From Microthyrium microscopicum (lineage: Eukaryota), in contig MU004241.1 of NCBI GenBank assembly GCA_010405405.1, forward strand, positions 1,027,359 through 1,091,358: a stretch of 64,000 nt of DNA. The letters run 5' to 3'. The position numbers and the translations under genes are program-made. The notes below the pieces were generated by a model. That model was given only the letters and a program-made list of their open reading frames with translations, had not been told where the DNA came from and did not search any database. Shown piece by piece: positions 10,816 through 23,983 of this stretch. Positions within the stretch are counted from its first letter, which is position 1, and each line of letters opens with the position of its first letter.

Positions 10816-12703
10816 TTAACTAGTTGAATAATGAACTGATGCTTTGGCCGATGGGATTTTCTCACCGATGTTTGACTCAAATACACCTCCAGGAGGTGCG
10901 AATCCTATGTCTGGTTAGCAAACCCACTATACAGTCAGTGCCTAACTTACCTCCTGTGTTAGTTGCCGCACTGTAAACATTCGGCCAGAGATCGCAATCA
11001 GCAGCCGCCGTCAAGCTGTCATCAATCAGAGCCAGAGTACTTCCGACTGACATAGTGTTTGCAACTTTTGGGCCAATAGTCGATTTGGGCCAACCTGGCG
11101 CCTGTGGATCTTTGAACTTATTTGGATCCCCCGCCCTGACAAGAGAAATTATATATTTCTGGTACTTTGAATCAGAAGCTGTGCCCAAGAACGACTTTGT
11201 GATCGAAGTGGGACTGTAGAAATCTGCTGCCATGTCGGAGCCATGATTACCAGTATACTGAACATTGTAAGTTATGTCCTTGTAAGCCTGGGCAGTATAT
11301 CGCGAATTGCAAGCAAAAGTTGACAGTTGTACGTATTGAACGATTCGATCTCGTTGATTCTTGTATTTCGACAGTGGCATCAGTTGGTAAACCGCCTTTT
11401 CGATAGCATCACTTTTGCCATATTCTCTAGTCATAAGAGCAACAAAGTCCGACTCTTTCGCCTCTCCACGAGTAACGAACATCTCAGCTTCCGTGGTGGT
11501 ATGAGAAGAGATGATTGCTGTCATGTTCTTCCAGTAATTTCCAGTCAAGAGCTCGAGCTGAGGAAGTTGTCTCACCCATGCGCCGTCAGGAGAAGGGCCG
11601 AAACCAAATGTGCCTCCTGGAGCATCATCCACAACTTTGCTTTGGGCCTTGTGGATAGTTGCAAAATCTTTCGATCGAAGGCATTCCAGACCTTTTCCTG
11701 AACAATCAGCTGCGGCTTCTAATTGCTTGAATACATCCGTGTTGTGCCCTGTACGGTCCCAAGTGTATGTTCCAAACGCCGCGCTCTGAATAATAGCTTT
11801 CCTGAACAGGGGATCTTGTTTACCACCAAAAGCAGTCAATTGATGCATGATCGATCCGGCTCCAGCTGATTCACCGATCACGCTCACGTCTTGTGGATTT
11901 CCGCCGAATAGGGGCTGTGACCTGAATTAGCAGTGGATTTGATGTAACATACGAGACACTTACGATGTAGTCTCGAATCCACTCTAGAACTGCGCGCTGG
12001 TCATAAAGCCCAGCATTTGGTGTTCCTGAGCTGTCCTTCTCCAGTGTTGTTCCTGCAAGCCAGCCTAAAGCCCCAAGACGGTAGTTTGCGCTCACGTATA
12101 CCAGATTACCCTCAGAGGCTGCTACCAATGGCCTACCGTCAAAGAGAAACTCTTTCGAGCCCAAAATATAAGCGCCACCATACAACCAGTTGAGAACGGG
12201 TAGTTTTGGAGCACCCTCTTTGAATGCCTTTGCTGGAACAATGACGTCTAGAAACAGACAGTCTTCCTGATCAGCCATCATGTTTTCTGCCAATGGCGTA
12301 ATGAGATTGCCTTTTGCGCTCGGTATAGCCCCTAAAACTCCCTTGAGTAGCTTGCTAGGAAATATGGATGGGCACGCGATGCCAGAAGTTTTCAAGTTTT
12401 GTATTCCCTCGGCCTTTTCTGGTGGCGCTGGTTTCGCAAACCGCAGCTTTCCGACTGGTGGTGCGGCAAAACGGACGTTCTTGAAGATGTAGGCCTAACA
12501 AAAGTCAGCTGGTGTAGTACTTATGTCATGGAATTTGTCCTTACATCGCTACCTTTGTCGTACGTCGATTGGTACGAGCCGTAGGGGAGCTTCACTACTG
12601 GGTTATCTTGTCCGTCTGCGCTGGAGGCTGTAGCTCTGGAATCCACAGGAGAGGCTGTTACCGACCCCAATAGAGCTGCTAGTGAGAGAGTAGTGAGATG
12701 CAT
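10816..12703 (-). CDS. Secreted type-B carboxylesterase/lipase (alpha/beta hydrolase)
   Basis: Signal peptide MHLTTLSLAALLGSVTA; EDCLFLDV, YGGAY, NYRLG, NAGLYDQ and GESAG nucleophile motifs; last exon ends TAA at 10816. Confidence 0.92.
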
Positions 12704-13391
12704 TGCTCTTGATTATGATGAAGAACACTGGACACCGAGGCGCAAACACAGAAAGAGCTGATGCCATGGCATTTGTATCTGAGTGCCTGTGGTACTAATA
12801 TAATGACCGTGCTGGTGCTCGTAATTGCTATATACTTTAAGGTACAGATGCCGACCAAGGGCCGAGAACATATCGCATTTGTTGTTCAGTGTTCGTAGCC
12901 AAGTAAGAAGCCAGTGTTTGATTTGCCGATTGAAAGCCCTTGATACTTCACCAAGAGTATTCCTGGAAGGAAAGACTGGAGGTTCCGGTGGTGACATGGT
13001 GTTGAGAATCTTCAACCTCATCAATGATTTACCCGGGCTACAGGGCAGAAGCCGGTGCGTAGTTCGGTTCATTTCATGGCTGTACAGTGCTGGTCGATGG
13101 CTGTTTCACACAAACAACAGTTGAAGTTGGGCTAAAAGAACAGAAGTACCACAACAGGCTTGAGATAGCCGAACCGAGCGAGAGCAGTTAAGCCTCATAT
13201 ATATTGCTCCACAGACTCGGAAGGATAGGAAATCGTCTTCGTTTACACTCATTGTGGAGATAGGGTGAGGTTGGAGAACCCCTGCATTTATACCTGGCCC
13301 GTGCACTCGGTTCAACTTATTTTTCGCGATCTCGAAATCTCGATCCTGAAGTATTCACCCTGTTATTCTCCGAACAAACCCTTTCGCGAAA

Positions 13392-15853
13392 ATGAGCGCC
13401 GATGACGATGGTATTCCTGTACCTCGATCGATAGCGAATAAAGCAGAATTCGAACCAAACGCAAAACCGACAGTGGTCCTTCATCCAGGCAAAAAGAGGA
13501 AACGCGCGCCTCAACAGCAAATAACAGATGCGAAGCATGAAAATACAGTGGGAGAGGACAAAACGAGCCTGGAAACTCGTCAGCTGGATTCCAAGAAGTT
13601 GAGGCGCCCTCATGGCCAATCCAGCTTGAAGGCTACCTCGAACGTGGCACCCACTACCCCGAAACCTGTCAAAGGACTGAATGCCAAACGCGAAGCTCTC
13701 TTCAGGTTCAGAAAAGACCTACCCATATGGCCCAGTGCAGACGGTATTCGCCAGCTCCTCCGGAGCAAAAACATAATGATTTTGGTCGGAGAGACTGGTA
13801 GCGGAAAGAGTACCCAAGTTCCTCAGTTTCTACTACATGAGGCATGGTGTACTGGTGCCATTGCCATAACTCAGCCGCGACGAGTGGCTGCGATTTCTCT
13901 TGCGCGACGTGTTGCTGAAGAAATGGGTTCTCCGCTTGGATCATCATCACCTGCCAGTAAAGTAGGATACTCCGTTCGGTTTGACAATTCCGTGTCTGCC
14001 AACACCAGAATCAAGTACCTTACTGAAGGCATGCTTCTACAAGAAATGCTAAGAGATCCATCTCTAAGCTCGTATAGCACTGTAATCGTAGATGAAGTCC
14101 ACGAAAGGAGTGTCAATGTTGATTTGATTCTTGGGTTTCTGAGAAATCTCCTTGCCAATGGATCTAGCAAGCGAAAGGGCAAACCCCTGAAAGTAGTGGT
14201 AATGAGTGCCACTGCGGATGTTGAGGCTTTAGTCAATTTTTTCAACGCAGGGTTTACTAAGGCTGAGAAGTCAAATCCACATGCAGCACCTAAATCCATT
14301 GCACAAGATGACGATGCTGATACAACAGCACAAGAATTACACGCCGATGAAGTCGCGACATGTCATATTCAAGGGCGATTGTTTCCAGTCAAGGTTGTCT
14401 ACTTGCCAGCGCCCACCCAAGACTTTGTTGAAGCAGCTCTGAAGATTATATTTCAAATACATTACAAGGAGCCGCTGCCGGGAGACATACTCGTATTTCT
14501 CACAGGCCAAGACACCGTCGAATCTCTAGAACGACTGGTAAATGAATACGGTGATACCTTGGGCCCCGAGGTTCCAAAGGTGCGTCTATAAAGCTTTATC
14601 TCTGGGTGTTATTTTGAACTAATAGGTGTAGATTCTTGCTCTACCTCTCTTCGCAGCCTTACCGCAAGCCGCTCAGCAGAAGGTCTTTCAGCCTGCACCC
14701 TTCAAAACCCGCAAAGTCATACTCTCTACCAATATTGCCGAGACTTCCGTGACGGTTCCTGGCGTTCGTTATGTCATTGACAGCGGCAAGATGAAGATGA
14801 AGCAGTTCCGGAGTCGACTTGGTCTGGATTCATTGCTCGTCAAACCCGTCTCCAAATCTTCCGCTATTCAGCGGAAAGGTCGTGCTGGTCGAGAAGCTGC
14901 TGGTATCTGTTTTCGACTGTACACCGAAAAAGACTATCAGTCACTGGAACAAAATTCAATTCCTGAGATACTGCGATGTGACCTCAGCGACGCTTTGTTG
15001 GGAATGAAGGCAAGAGGCGTATCCAACGTTCTTGAGTTTCCATTCTTGAATCCCCCTTCTCGAGAAGCACTAGAGAAGGCACTGCTACAGCTCCTGCAGC
15101 TCAGCGCCTTGGGAGATGATGGGTCAATCAGTGATGTGGGCCTTCAAATGGCAAAGCTGCCACTGAATCCTGCTTTGGGGCGTGTCATTGTTGAGGCTGC
15201 AAAAGTCGAGAATGATTGTCTTGCTGATGTAATTGACATTGTTGCCTGTCTTAATGTGGAAAGCATCTTCATTAACCTCATGACCGAGGAGAAGAAAGAA
15301 GAGGCAGAAGAAGCGCGACGAGAACTTTTCAGAAGAGACGGGGATCATCTCACTTTACTTGCAGCAGTGCGAGGATATGCAGCAGAGCAATCTGATCGAA
15401 AGGCTTGGGCACGAAAATATTTCGTGTCGCATAGAGCCATGCAAAACGTGATGGTAAGATAGGTGTCGTCTTTTTGTTGAGGTATAAAGCTAACAAATGT
15501 AGGACATTCGTAAGCAGCTTTTCCAACAATGTAAGCAGCTCAAGCTGCTTCCCGAATCGGCTTCATTGGAAGTACCGGCGACAACCTACTCTGAGGCCAG
15601 AAATGCGGCCATCATCAAAAGCTTATTGCGTGGCTTTGCTACAAATACTGCACGTCTCACCCCTGATGGGAGCTATAAAACTCTTATTGGCAATCAAACA
15701 GTCGCCATTCACCCGTCCAGTGTACTATTTGGGCGAAGAGTCGAAGCAATTCTATTCACGGAGTTTGTCTTCACTAGCAAGAGCTACGGGCGGAATGTGT
15801 CGGCGGTTCGGCTTGGTTGGATTGATGAAGCTCTTGCTAACGATCACTTATGA
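13392..15853 (+). CDS. DHR2: DEAH-box RNA helicase Dhr2/DHX33-like, 3 exons
   Basis: GETGSGKST, TQPRRVAA, DEVHER, MSAT and QRKGRAGR motifs, HA2 region, IHPSSVLF OB-fold. Ortholog assignment from overall similarity. Confidence 0.85.
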
Positions 15854-15863
15854 TACCCAAATT

Positions 15864-17879
15864 CTATCGCCGTCGACCAGGTCCGGCTTGTACAGACTGT
15901 TTGTCCGCGAGTGACACCACTTCTCCAATGCCAGCCTCTGTTTGCTCGTCTTCCAAAACCCGAATCTCTTCTCTGCAGTCCCACCATTTGTCTTCTGCGC
16001 GTTGGAACCCTTTAGTGCTGATTTCCTTAGGTGATAGGTGAGCTGAATCTCCTGATTTTTGAAGATCGCTTATGACAATTTCCTGCCACGGGATTTTGGT
16101 GCGATCGAAAAATTCTCGCAATGATTCGAATGGCCTTGGGAATGGCAATCCGTCAGTAAATGCTGAGGATTCTTCCAAGGTAGTCTCTTCATCAGCAACG
16201 ACAGAACTGGCCGTCGTCGAGACTTGGGTTGGGACACTACCAGCGGTGCTCTGAGCGTCTTCCATGTCGACATCGGAATCTTCCTCGTCGTCATCTTCCT
16301 CCTCATCGTCATCATCCTCGCTATCTTCTTCGATTTGCCAGTCTTGGACATCTCGTTTATAGATTTCTCTAACCCCATCAAGCTTGTTTAGATCAATGGC
16401 CCACATCTCATCCAGTGTGTATTCTTGATCACCCTTCTCAAATGTGCCGCCGAAAATGTAAAGTACATCACCTTGAACAGTGAGCTGTGCATTGAAGCGA
16501 GGATGAGGCATCTCAAATGAGACCGTCTTTGCCGGTTTTGCTGGTTCGTTGTCATTCTCTTCATCAAGCTGCATTTTGTTCTGAGCCTCTTCATCATCAA
16601 TTTTCGCCCCCATTTCCAAAGCCTTCAAATTTCGAAGAAGCTCGTCTTCTGTTTGCTTACCGCGATCTCTTCTGCTCCGGTCTGATGCCTTCTGCTTTGT
16701 CGAGGTTTTGGGCCGACGGAGAGTCAATTGGAAATAGCGATTGCGATCAACATTCCACGCATAGAGTATATTGAAGAACTCGCTGTCAATGCCTTCTTCA
16801 CTTTCTTCCACATCATGCACTCCACCAAACATGATTCCTCTTCCCCGATGCGCGCACATGGTAGCGCCAGCCCTTGGAGGATTTGGGGCATTTGCTGGCT
16901 TCTTGGGCCGTCTCTCCCATCGAACAGCAGGCAATGTTCCACTGGGCGCATCGGACGACGGAGGAGTTATGCGAAGAAACCACGTATCTTGATGTATAAC
17001 TGGTTTCAGTGTGACTTTTTGAGTTCCAGGCCGACTTCCGCCTTTTACCTGTTTTTGACTCGTGGCTGTTGTCTTGACTCTGGAATATCCACCAAACATG
17101 ATGCAACCAGATTCATGAGGCAGAAAAGAGAACGAGGATCTAGCATCCGGTTTGCCAGTTCCAGCAGGCAGCTTCGGTTCATGCCATGTATATGTGGTGC
17201 AATCGTAAATCCAAAGATCATTCAGATACTTGGTCTGTTGCGAAGTGTCTTGAAAGCCGCCAAATAGAATGATATATTGCTTGAAGTAAACCATACGATG
17301 CCCGCTTCGTGATGGTGGACTTTTTCCTTTGCTTTCGAGTCGAGTCCATTCTCTCGTGGAAGGTTCAAGTCTCCAGAAATCGTTGTAGTGGTAGAAGGTG
17401 CCTTGTTTTGGCGATGAGAATTCTCCTCCAAAGAGAAATAATCCTCCAGTGTTGCCGCCTCTGGTCACAGCATGGCCACTTCTGGGCAAAGGAGAATTTG
17501 GACTTGTAACTCGCTTCCACTCATCTCTGTTCACATTGTATACGAACAAGTCGTTGTAAAATGAAGCCAACGAGCCATTGAAAAACTCTCCACCGAATAA
17601 AAGCAGTTCGTTCTCATTTGATGGCGACGCAACGATGGTCGCAGATGCCCGTGGCGATGGGGGTTCGCTGACTTCTTCTGTGACTTTCAAGAAAAGCTCT
17701 TGTTTGGCCTGATATTCAGCCAGAATTGCATCAAGATCCACATCTTCATCGTCGCTGTCCTCCTCGCCTTTTCCGCGTGTTTTTTGCTTCTTGTCCTTCT
17801 TAGCTGCTTTCCTTTCTTGCTTCTGCGCATTTCGCATCTTTTTTTCCACCTCCTTGGACTTTTTGTCCTTTTTCGCCAT
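15864..17879 (-). CDS. KEL3: Kelch-repeat protein Kel3/KLHDC4 with acidic tract and C-terminal DUF4110-like domain
   Basis: Single 671-aa ORF with Lys-rich N-terminus, repeated LFGG/ND(L/F)W kelch motifs and PFPRPFESLREFF. Confidence 0.9.
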   Translation of the reverse strand: MAKKDKKSKEVEKKMRNAQKQERKAAKKDKKQKTRGKGEEDSDDEDVDLDAILAEYQAKQELFLKVTEEVSEPPSPRASATIVASPSNENELLLFGGEFFNGSLASFYNDLFVYNVNRDEWKRVTSPNSPLPRSGHAVTRGGNTGGLFLFGGEFSSPKQGTFYHYNDFWRLEPSTREWTRLESKGKSPPSRSGHRMVYFKQYIILFGGFQDTSQQTKYLNDLWIYDCTTYTWHEPKLPAGTGKPDARSSFSFLPHESGCIMFGGYSRVKTTATSQKQVKGGSRPGTQKVTLKPVIHQDTWFLRITPPSSDAPSGTLPAVRWERRPKKPANAPNPPRAGATMCAHRGRGIMFGGVHDVEESEEGIDSEFFNILYAWNVDRNRYFQLTLRRPKTSTKQKASDRSRRDRGKQTEDELLRNLKALEMGAKIDDEEAQNKMQLDEENDNEPAKPAKTVSFEMPHPRFNAQLTVQGDVLYIFGGTFEKGDQEYTLDEMWAIDLNKLDGVREIYKRDVQDWQIEEDSEDDDDEEEDDDEEDSDVDMEDAQSTAGSVPTQVSTTASSVVADEETTLEESSAFTDGLPFPRPFESLREFFDRTKIPWQEIVISDLQKSGDSAHLSPKEISTKGFQRAEDKWWDCREEIRVLEDEQTEAGIGEVVSLADKQSVQAGPGRRR

Positions 17880-18297
17880 GGTTGAAAATTTTGAGGGTCG
17901 TCACCACACACATTTCATGGCAAAACGGGTTGGGTTTGTTCTCGATCGGTGCGGGACAGAAGGACGGTTCCACCTTCGCCTTGCTTTGTTAAACAGTACA
18001 AACTGGTTCGGATATGGTTCAACTGATGATGATATTTTTCGCCTATATTTTCAAGAGTAATTACAGGCCAAAGGCTTGGGCAGTGGAGTCCATGGATGTG
18101 AGCGGCAAGTTCCCCGCTGCCCAGGTGTCCCTGCAGGAAGCTTTCCCCAGTCACCACCAAGCAGCAAGCTCCATCTTACTCCGTACATCTCCATCATCTC
18201 AGTAAACAACTCAATCATACAAGATCTACCTTTCACTTTCTTCTCCCCAAAATTCTTAACGAAATAGTCAATCGTGAACACTCATCTTTAACTAACA

Positions 18298-19929
18298 ATG
18301 GCTGCGCCTGTCGTAGCACGAATACTGCGATGGAACAGCTACAATGTGCCAGGTCCGTCACGCGACAAAAACTTGATAAGCCCAATGGCTGTCTAACTCA
18401 CAGTGCAGGTCGCATTCGAATCACTGAGTACTATTTTGAGGTTCCACGAGATTATTCGAACCCTAATAGCTCGCAAACCATCACTCTCTTTGCTCGCGCT
18501 GGCCATCGTATCCACAAACCAGCGGATCCAACTACAGTTGCGCCACATCAGCCTTGGATGCTGTTCTTACAGGGCGGCCCGGGCTTCGGATGCTCCAGTC
18601 CCCAGAACAATGCCTGGACGCAGAGTGTCCTGGATCGTGGCTATCAGGTCCTACTCTTAGATCAGCGTGGAACTGGAATGAGCACTCCATTATCGGCAGC
18701 CAGCCTTGGGCTCCGTGGCGACGAAAAGGTGCAGGCGCAATATCTGAAGAGCTTTCGCGCGGACAGTATTGTTCGTGACTGCGAAGCTGTGAGACTAGCG
18801 TTAACATCTGGTCTCCCTCCCGAGAAACAGAAGTGGAGCGTCATGGGGCAAAGCTATGGTGGATTTTGCATTCTGTCGTACTTATCATTTGCGCCCCAAG
18901 GCCTCCGCGAAGCCTTCTTATTTGGTGGGCTTCAGCCCTTGGTGGATGATCCGGATCGCGTCTATCGTGCAACTTTCAAGAAACTGATCGAGCGCAATGA
19001 GGCATACTATAATAAATTCCCAGAAGACATTCAGCGAGTCCAGCGCATTACCACATTCTTGCAACGATTTGGGAACACCACCGTCAAAGACACCTCAGAC
19101 TCTGGATTTATGACAGCAAGACGGTTCATGCAATTAGGGATGGCTTTTGGATTTCACAGTAAGGATAAAAGCCTTTGTGTCCGACCTAAAGCTAACATCA
19201 AGCAGGTGGACTAGATTCAATTCATGGTAAGGTCCTTGTATGTGGAGAAATCTTCGGTCTAATGTATTGCAGATATCGTTATTAGAGCCGACAACGATCT
19301 AACATGCTTCGGCACTCTCACAAGACCGACCATCTCTCGCATAGAAGGCTACCTTCCGTTCAACGACGCGATCATCTATGCTATACTGCATGAGTCAATC
19401 TATTGTCAAGGGTATTTTAAAGATCCGACATTGTTCGAACTCAAGCTGACTGTTCGATCTCCAAAGTAAATCATCCAAGTGGTCAGCATACAGAATACAA
19501 AAGGAGCATGAGAAACTCTTCCAAATACCAAAAGAAAATCCAACCAATCCCATTTACTTCACAGGCGAAATGGTAAAGTATCCCAAGATCTTGTGACTTT
19601 TGTACTGACCATCCTAGATCTTTCCGTGGATGTTCGAGGATTATGGTGAGCTCACTCGAATAAAAGACCAAGCCGACTTCGTGGCCGAGTTCAGTGACTG
19701 GCCAGCATTGTTTGATCGAGCGCAACTCAAACGAAACGAGGTCCCTGTCTATGCAGCGTCATACACGGATGATATGTTTGTGGACTTTGAGTTGAGTATG
19801 GAAACAGCTCGTGCTATCAAAGGCTGCAAGACCTACGTAACGAACCAGATGTATCATGATGCGCTTAGATCACGCATGGACGAGGTATTCAAGGCGCTTT
19901 GGGCACTTCGTGATGACTCAATTGACTGA
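18298..19929 (+). CDS. Proline iminopeptidase (alpha/beta hydrolase, S33), multi-exon
   Basis: LQGGPG, LLDQRGTGMSTP, FRADSIVRDCE, GQSYGG nucleophile, DDMFVD and YHDALR motifs. Confidence 0.9.
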
Positions 19930-20130
19930 AGATTTGTACCCGCAACAAAGCCTGGATATCCAGTAGTCGTTCATATTAATATGGGATATAGAAGTAGAGG
20001 TACATGCCTAACCCGGAATATCAAACAACAGTGTGTAACAAACGTGCCGCTCATCTGGCGTATAATGCATCTCGCTGCCGTACAAATCAAATCCAAACAT
20101 TTAATCGACAAAGCTCACCGGAACAGCATT

Positions 20131-21198
20131 CTAAAACCTAGTGTCATGATCTTCGTCCATTATACCACTCCATCTAGGTACGTTCTCCATCGTGGCAGTG
20201 GCACTTTCCGCTCCAGCTCCAGCTTTCAAGGGATCAACCACGCCAAATTTGTTCCTGCTAGCAACCAACGCCCTGATCAAGCCAATGGCAATTTGCTTCC
20301 CATTTTCCTTGTCGTCTTCGGTCGGCAGGTCCGGAGTATGTAAGAACGTGACTGGCCTTTCAAGCACCTCATCCTGTTTCTTCTGCGCTTCCTTGTTTCG
20401 TTTCCAGAAATATGCTAAACTGACGAAATAAATGAACCCGCAAAGATATAGACCTGGATCGTCTGATGGTCTCAAATCAAGCAGATCGTTTGTCACGTTC
20501 GAGCGCCATCGCCTCCAGACGTCTTCCATGTCGAATGTCGGCTTGAGCACGGCTGGCAGGTCACCAAATAGAGCGTCCTGTCGAGACATTGGGAATGACT
20601 TTCCGTCTACATCCTTGAACTTGTTGAATGGTCCCCGCGGCGCCTGCCTCTCAAGCGTGAAGAACTTTCGACCGGCGGCTAGACCAATATGAAGTATTAT
20701 ATCCGGGTTTGGTAACGGCGCTTGATCTGAGTCGTTTACATTGTTACCGTTCGGATGGTTCTCCTTTGAGGAGTCGGCATGTTTAGGCCTGTATGTTCCA
20801 GACAGAAGCTGTGGGTCCAGCTCGAGCACCTCATCGTAGGAGACCCTCAAAGCTCTGTCTGGGACAACTATTCGTATGGGAATCGGTGTTGCAGCGGTTG
20901 CTGGAAGGTAAGATGGTAATCTCGAGGCAATTGCCCAAGAAGAATTGGTTGGATAGTTGTCTAGCCAGGCCTTTATGAAAGAAACGATTGTTAGCTACTA
21001 TATCACATAAGATTACTTGTGTACCTGATACATCATCTGCCCTGGAAAAGAATTCCTTGGACTAAAAGTAAAAAATATGAAGCATTATCTTACACCATAG
21101 CCAGTTACTAAAACCGTAACTTCTGCGCCTTGAGCATCCACTTCTGCTTCTGGGTCTTGCTTGTGTTCATATAGGGAAAGATGGGGGGCTCGTGTCAT
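20131..21198 (-). CDS. Pyroglutamyl peptidase I (peptidase C15), 2 exons
   Basis: VLVTGYG|AWLDNYPTNSSW, ILHIGLA, LERQA, DPGLYLCGFIYF (catalytic Cys) and FLHTP motifs. Confidence 0.88.
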
Positions 21199-23199
21199 GT
21201 TGTAATATATGTCCTAATCAATTTTCGAACAAAGTGCGTTGCTATGGGCAAAAGCCGAAATTCAGGATGTAAAAAGAGGATAAAATAATCGTGAGATCTG
21301 ACGTATTAGTGGACCAAGGGAATGGTTGTGGTATATGACGAGGTTGGTGACTTATGCGGCTACTACATTAGTAGTACGTAGTAGCTAACATCAAATCGTG
21401 CTAAACGCAGGGTCCGCTGATCCGTCTACTACCTACCAAGTACTTAACAGGTAGGCATTTAATCGATTTTGCATTTGCGGTTGGAAGAAGATGATTAGCG
21501 AAGAGTGGCGGCAGAATCAAGATCCTAAGTGACGATGCGAAGCTCAAGCACTTAAAATCCCCCACACTAAGGTGACATATCACGAATATGGCCAGGGATG
21601 TTGGGGCGGGAGGAGCCGACATCGTTTGGGCACCACCAGCTTGATACCATCTACCTACCTAGTACTATGTAGGGAGACAACTAGAGTACTCTAACACACA
21701 ACCACTTTTATCCTGATTCCATATTCCATATTCTGAGCAGTGAGATCATCGATTTCGAAGCAAAGCAGCGATGCTCGACCGTCTCGCATCCGTGGAGTCA
21801 GTCATGTCTGTATAAATGTACTTGTTTGGTATGCAGTTCACTACTTGGGTTCTTAAAATTTACAATAAGCGTCAAAACTACCCATACCGTAGCGCGTACT
21901 ATCTATACTCAGCATTTTCTGCTTTACCTCAGGATCATTCTTCCAATTGCAGTACTCGCTATAAAACAAGGGCGGTAGTACCTCTTCTAGCCACGGCAAG
22001 TTCTGTCGGAACAGATATTCATACTGAAGTTTTCTAAACTCATCTATGTACCGGTCAGTTGGTTTGCAATAACTACTGCTCTTGATAGTGGGGAAAGATA
22101 CCTTGATCTACTCAGGTTTTGATATTGATCCTTCACCGTAACATCTGGAATCTCATAAACCTGGAGAGCCATGGCGGGATCTCATCTTCTGGCGGCATCA
22201 TTGATTGGCCCTGATGAACTAGAGCCCGATCGCAATCCTTGAAGTTGGACTCTCTCAGATTTTCGGACTTTTTAATGATAGCTTCTTGACTCATAAGCAT
22301 GTGATCATCATCATCAGTGTGTGTAGAAGTGCTATGGCCAGATTCGCTTTGATCTATCTGATAGCCAGATCAAGAAGTATAGAAATGATATTTCAAATAC
22401 TAATAATCACCCGTTTGGCGTGAGCTCGCCCATGACTTGAACATGGGCATAGTTGGCTGCATGCAGGACACCTAGGAGGTGCACATTTCGGAGGATCGGA
22501 TGAAGACATGTTTTCTTAGGCTGCTGGGAGCTGCAACTGGACGATGTCAAAGAAACGATACCTAGGAAGTGAAGGGTGGTAAGTATGCAATTTTTTTCGA
22601 CCTGTGGGTGGCTTCTATGGAAGCACGACATCTTGTTATCATTCTACCAAATTTTGAGAATCTGAACCAGAAACCAAACTTGGGGCAGCAAGAACAGCTT
22701 CACTGATGCTTTTTCCTATTCTTTAGCATTCTTGAGGCTCAGATTTTGGCCTCTCTTGTGAATGGCCTTTTTAAACGTGAAGACCGTCAAGCGATAAATT
22801 GGTAGCTCGACTTCTTGATTGAAGTTGACTCTACATCGTCTAGCTGTTCAAAAACCAGCGGTACCGATCACACAAGCTTGCCATGGACAAAAAGTCATTT
22901 CATAGAACTTCCCTGCAATTAGAATTGTCCGAGCTATTAATAGTTCACTCTGTACTCAGCGCAGGTACGTTTCTGGTAGTGGCATGTGTGGGAAGATATG
23001 TCTTTAAGGATGCCAATTATTTTCACATGAAAGTCTGGAAAGCTATCACAGGAGCTGACATCTTCTCGATGAACAAACAAATACCGATCGGCTGATATTC
23101 TAGCTACCTACCTAGGTACTTACTCAAATACTCAAGTAGAGGACAAAGCCAGTTTGGAATCCGACTTCCTGAATTTTTTGTCTCTCTTCCAGTGTTGAA

Positions 23200-23734
23200 A
23201 TGACTTCTATCATGTACATGATCACCCTACTTGGGGCTGCCTCCATGGCTATGGCGAGCCCCGTTTATCAAGACACCATTAGTAAGACCAGTGCTGAGCT
23301 TTCTGTGTCCTGTCAATACTCTAACACTACCGCTATAGCTTTACAAATCCCAACATCGCACCAACAAGCGCGAGAGTATCGATTGGTATGCAACAAAGAG
23401 AATTTGGAAGTCGGGGAAATACACATGGCGGCCTCCAAATTAGAAACCAAGAGTGACAGTTGTAAAGTTGGAAAAAGCGGCAGCCGGTTCATGGAACACG
23501 GTGGAGTTAAAGTAACTGGCTGGCCATTTGAGACCGATGATACATCTTCGCCTTGTAAGGCAGTGGGTGCAGCAGTACATAAGATTGCCGACGAATGCCA
23601 GGGAAAAGGAGGTAAGTTTACTGATTCTGTTTGTTTATATCATATATGCGCATACTTTAACATCTTGCTCAGGCTCGGCTCAAGTTGGCGATAATCTGAA
23701 TCTCATTGTTCATGTTTCCAGCAACTGGGTTTAG
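23200..23734 (+). CDS. Small secreted Cys-containing protein (effector-like), 3 exons
   Basis: Signal peptide, introns 23282-23338 and ~23612-23672, four Cys in the mature region, C-terminus CQGKGG|SAQVGDNLNLIVHV. Confidence 0.8.
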
Positions 23735-23983
23735 CGATGGTTTCCTATCGAAGGGTCACCTCATGGACCTTGGAAGAGAGCTTATAAGCCGTTGAATATG
23801 TTATCTCAAAGCCTTCAGCGTGGGAATACGCTAGCTTTGACACATCTGTAGATAGTTTGCCATGAGCGACATCAGAGACGATACTATCGAAGAATAGTTC
23901 TCTATGCTTCCTTTCAATTGAGTATTTTCTGCCAGCTGACACCTCTTCTTAAGCATCGCTGGCTCGTCGTATCGGCTGCATCA

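Noticed and set aside
20972..21092. Cryptic cassette exon in the ~120-nt intron of the pyroglutamyl peptidase
   Set aside because: The upstream sub-intron would be only ~32 nt, too short to splice.
21420..23120. Recurrent CTACCTACC motifs
   Set aside because: Short TACC-type microsatellite motifs common in fungal intergenic DNA; no array structure.
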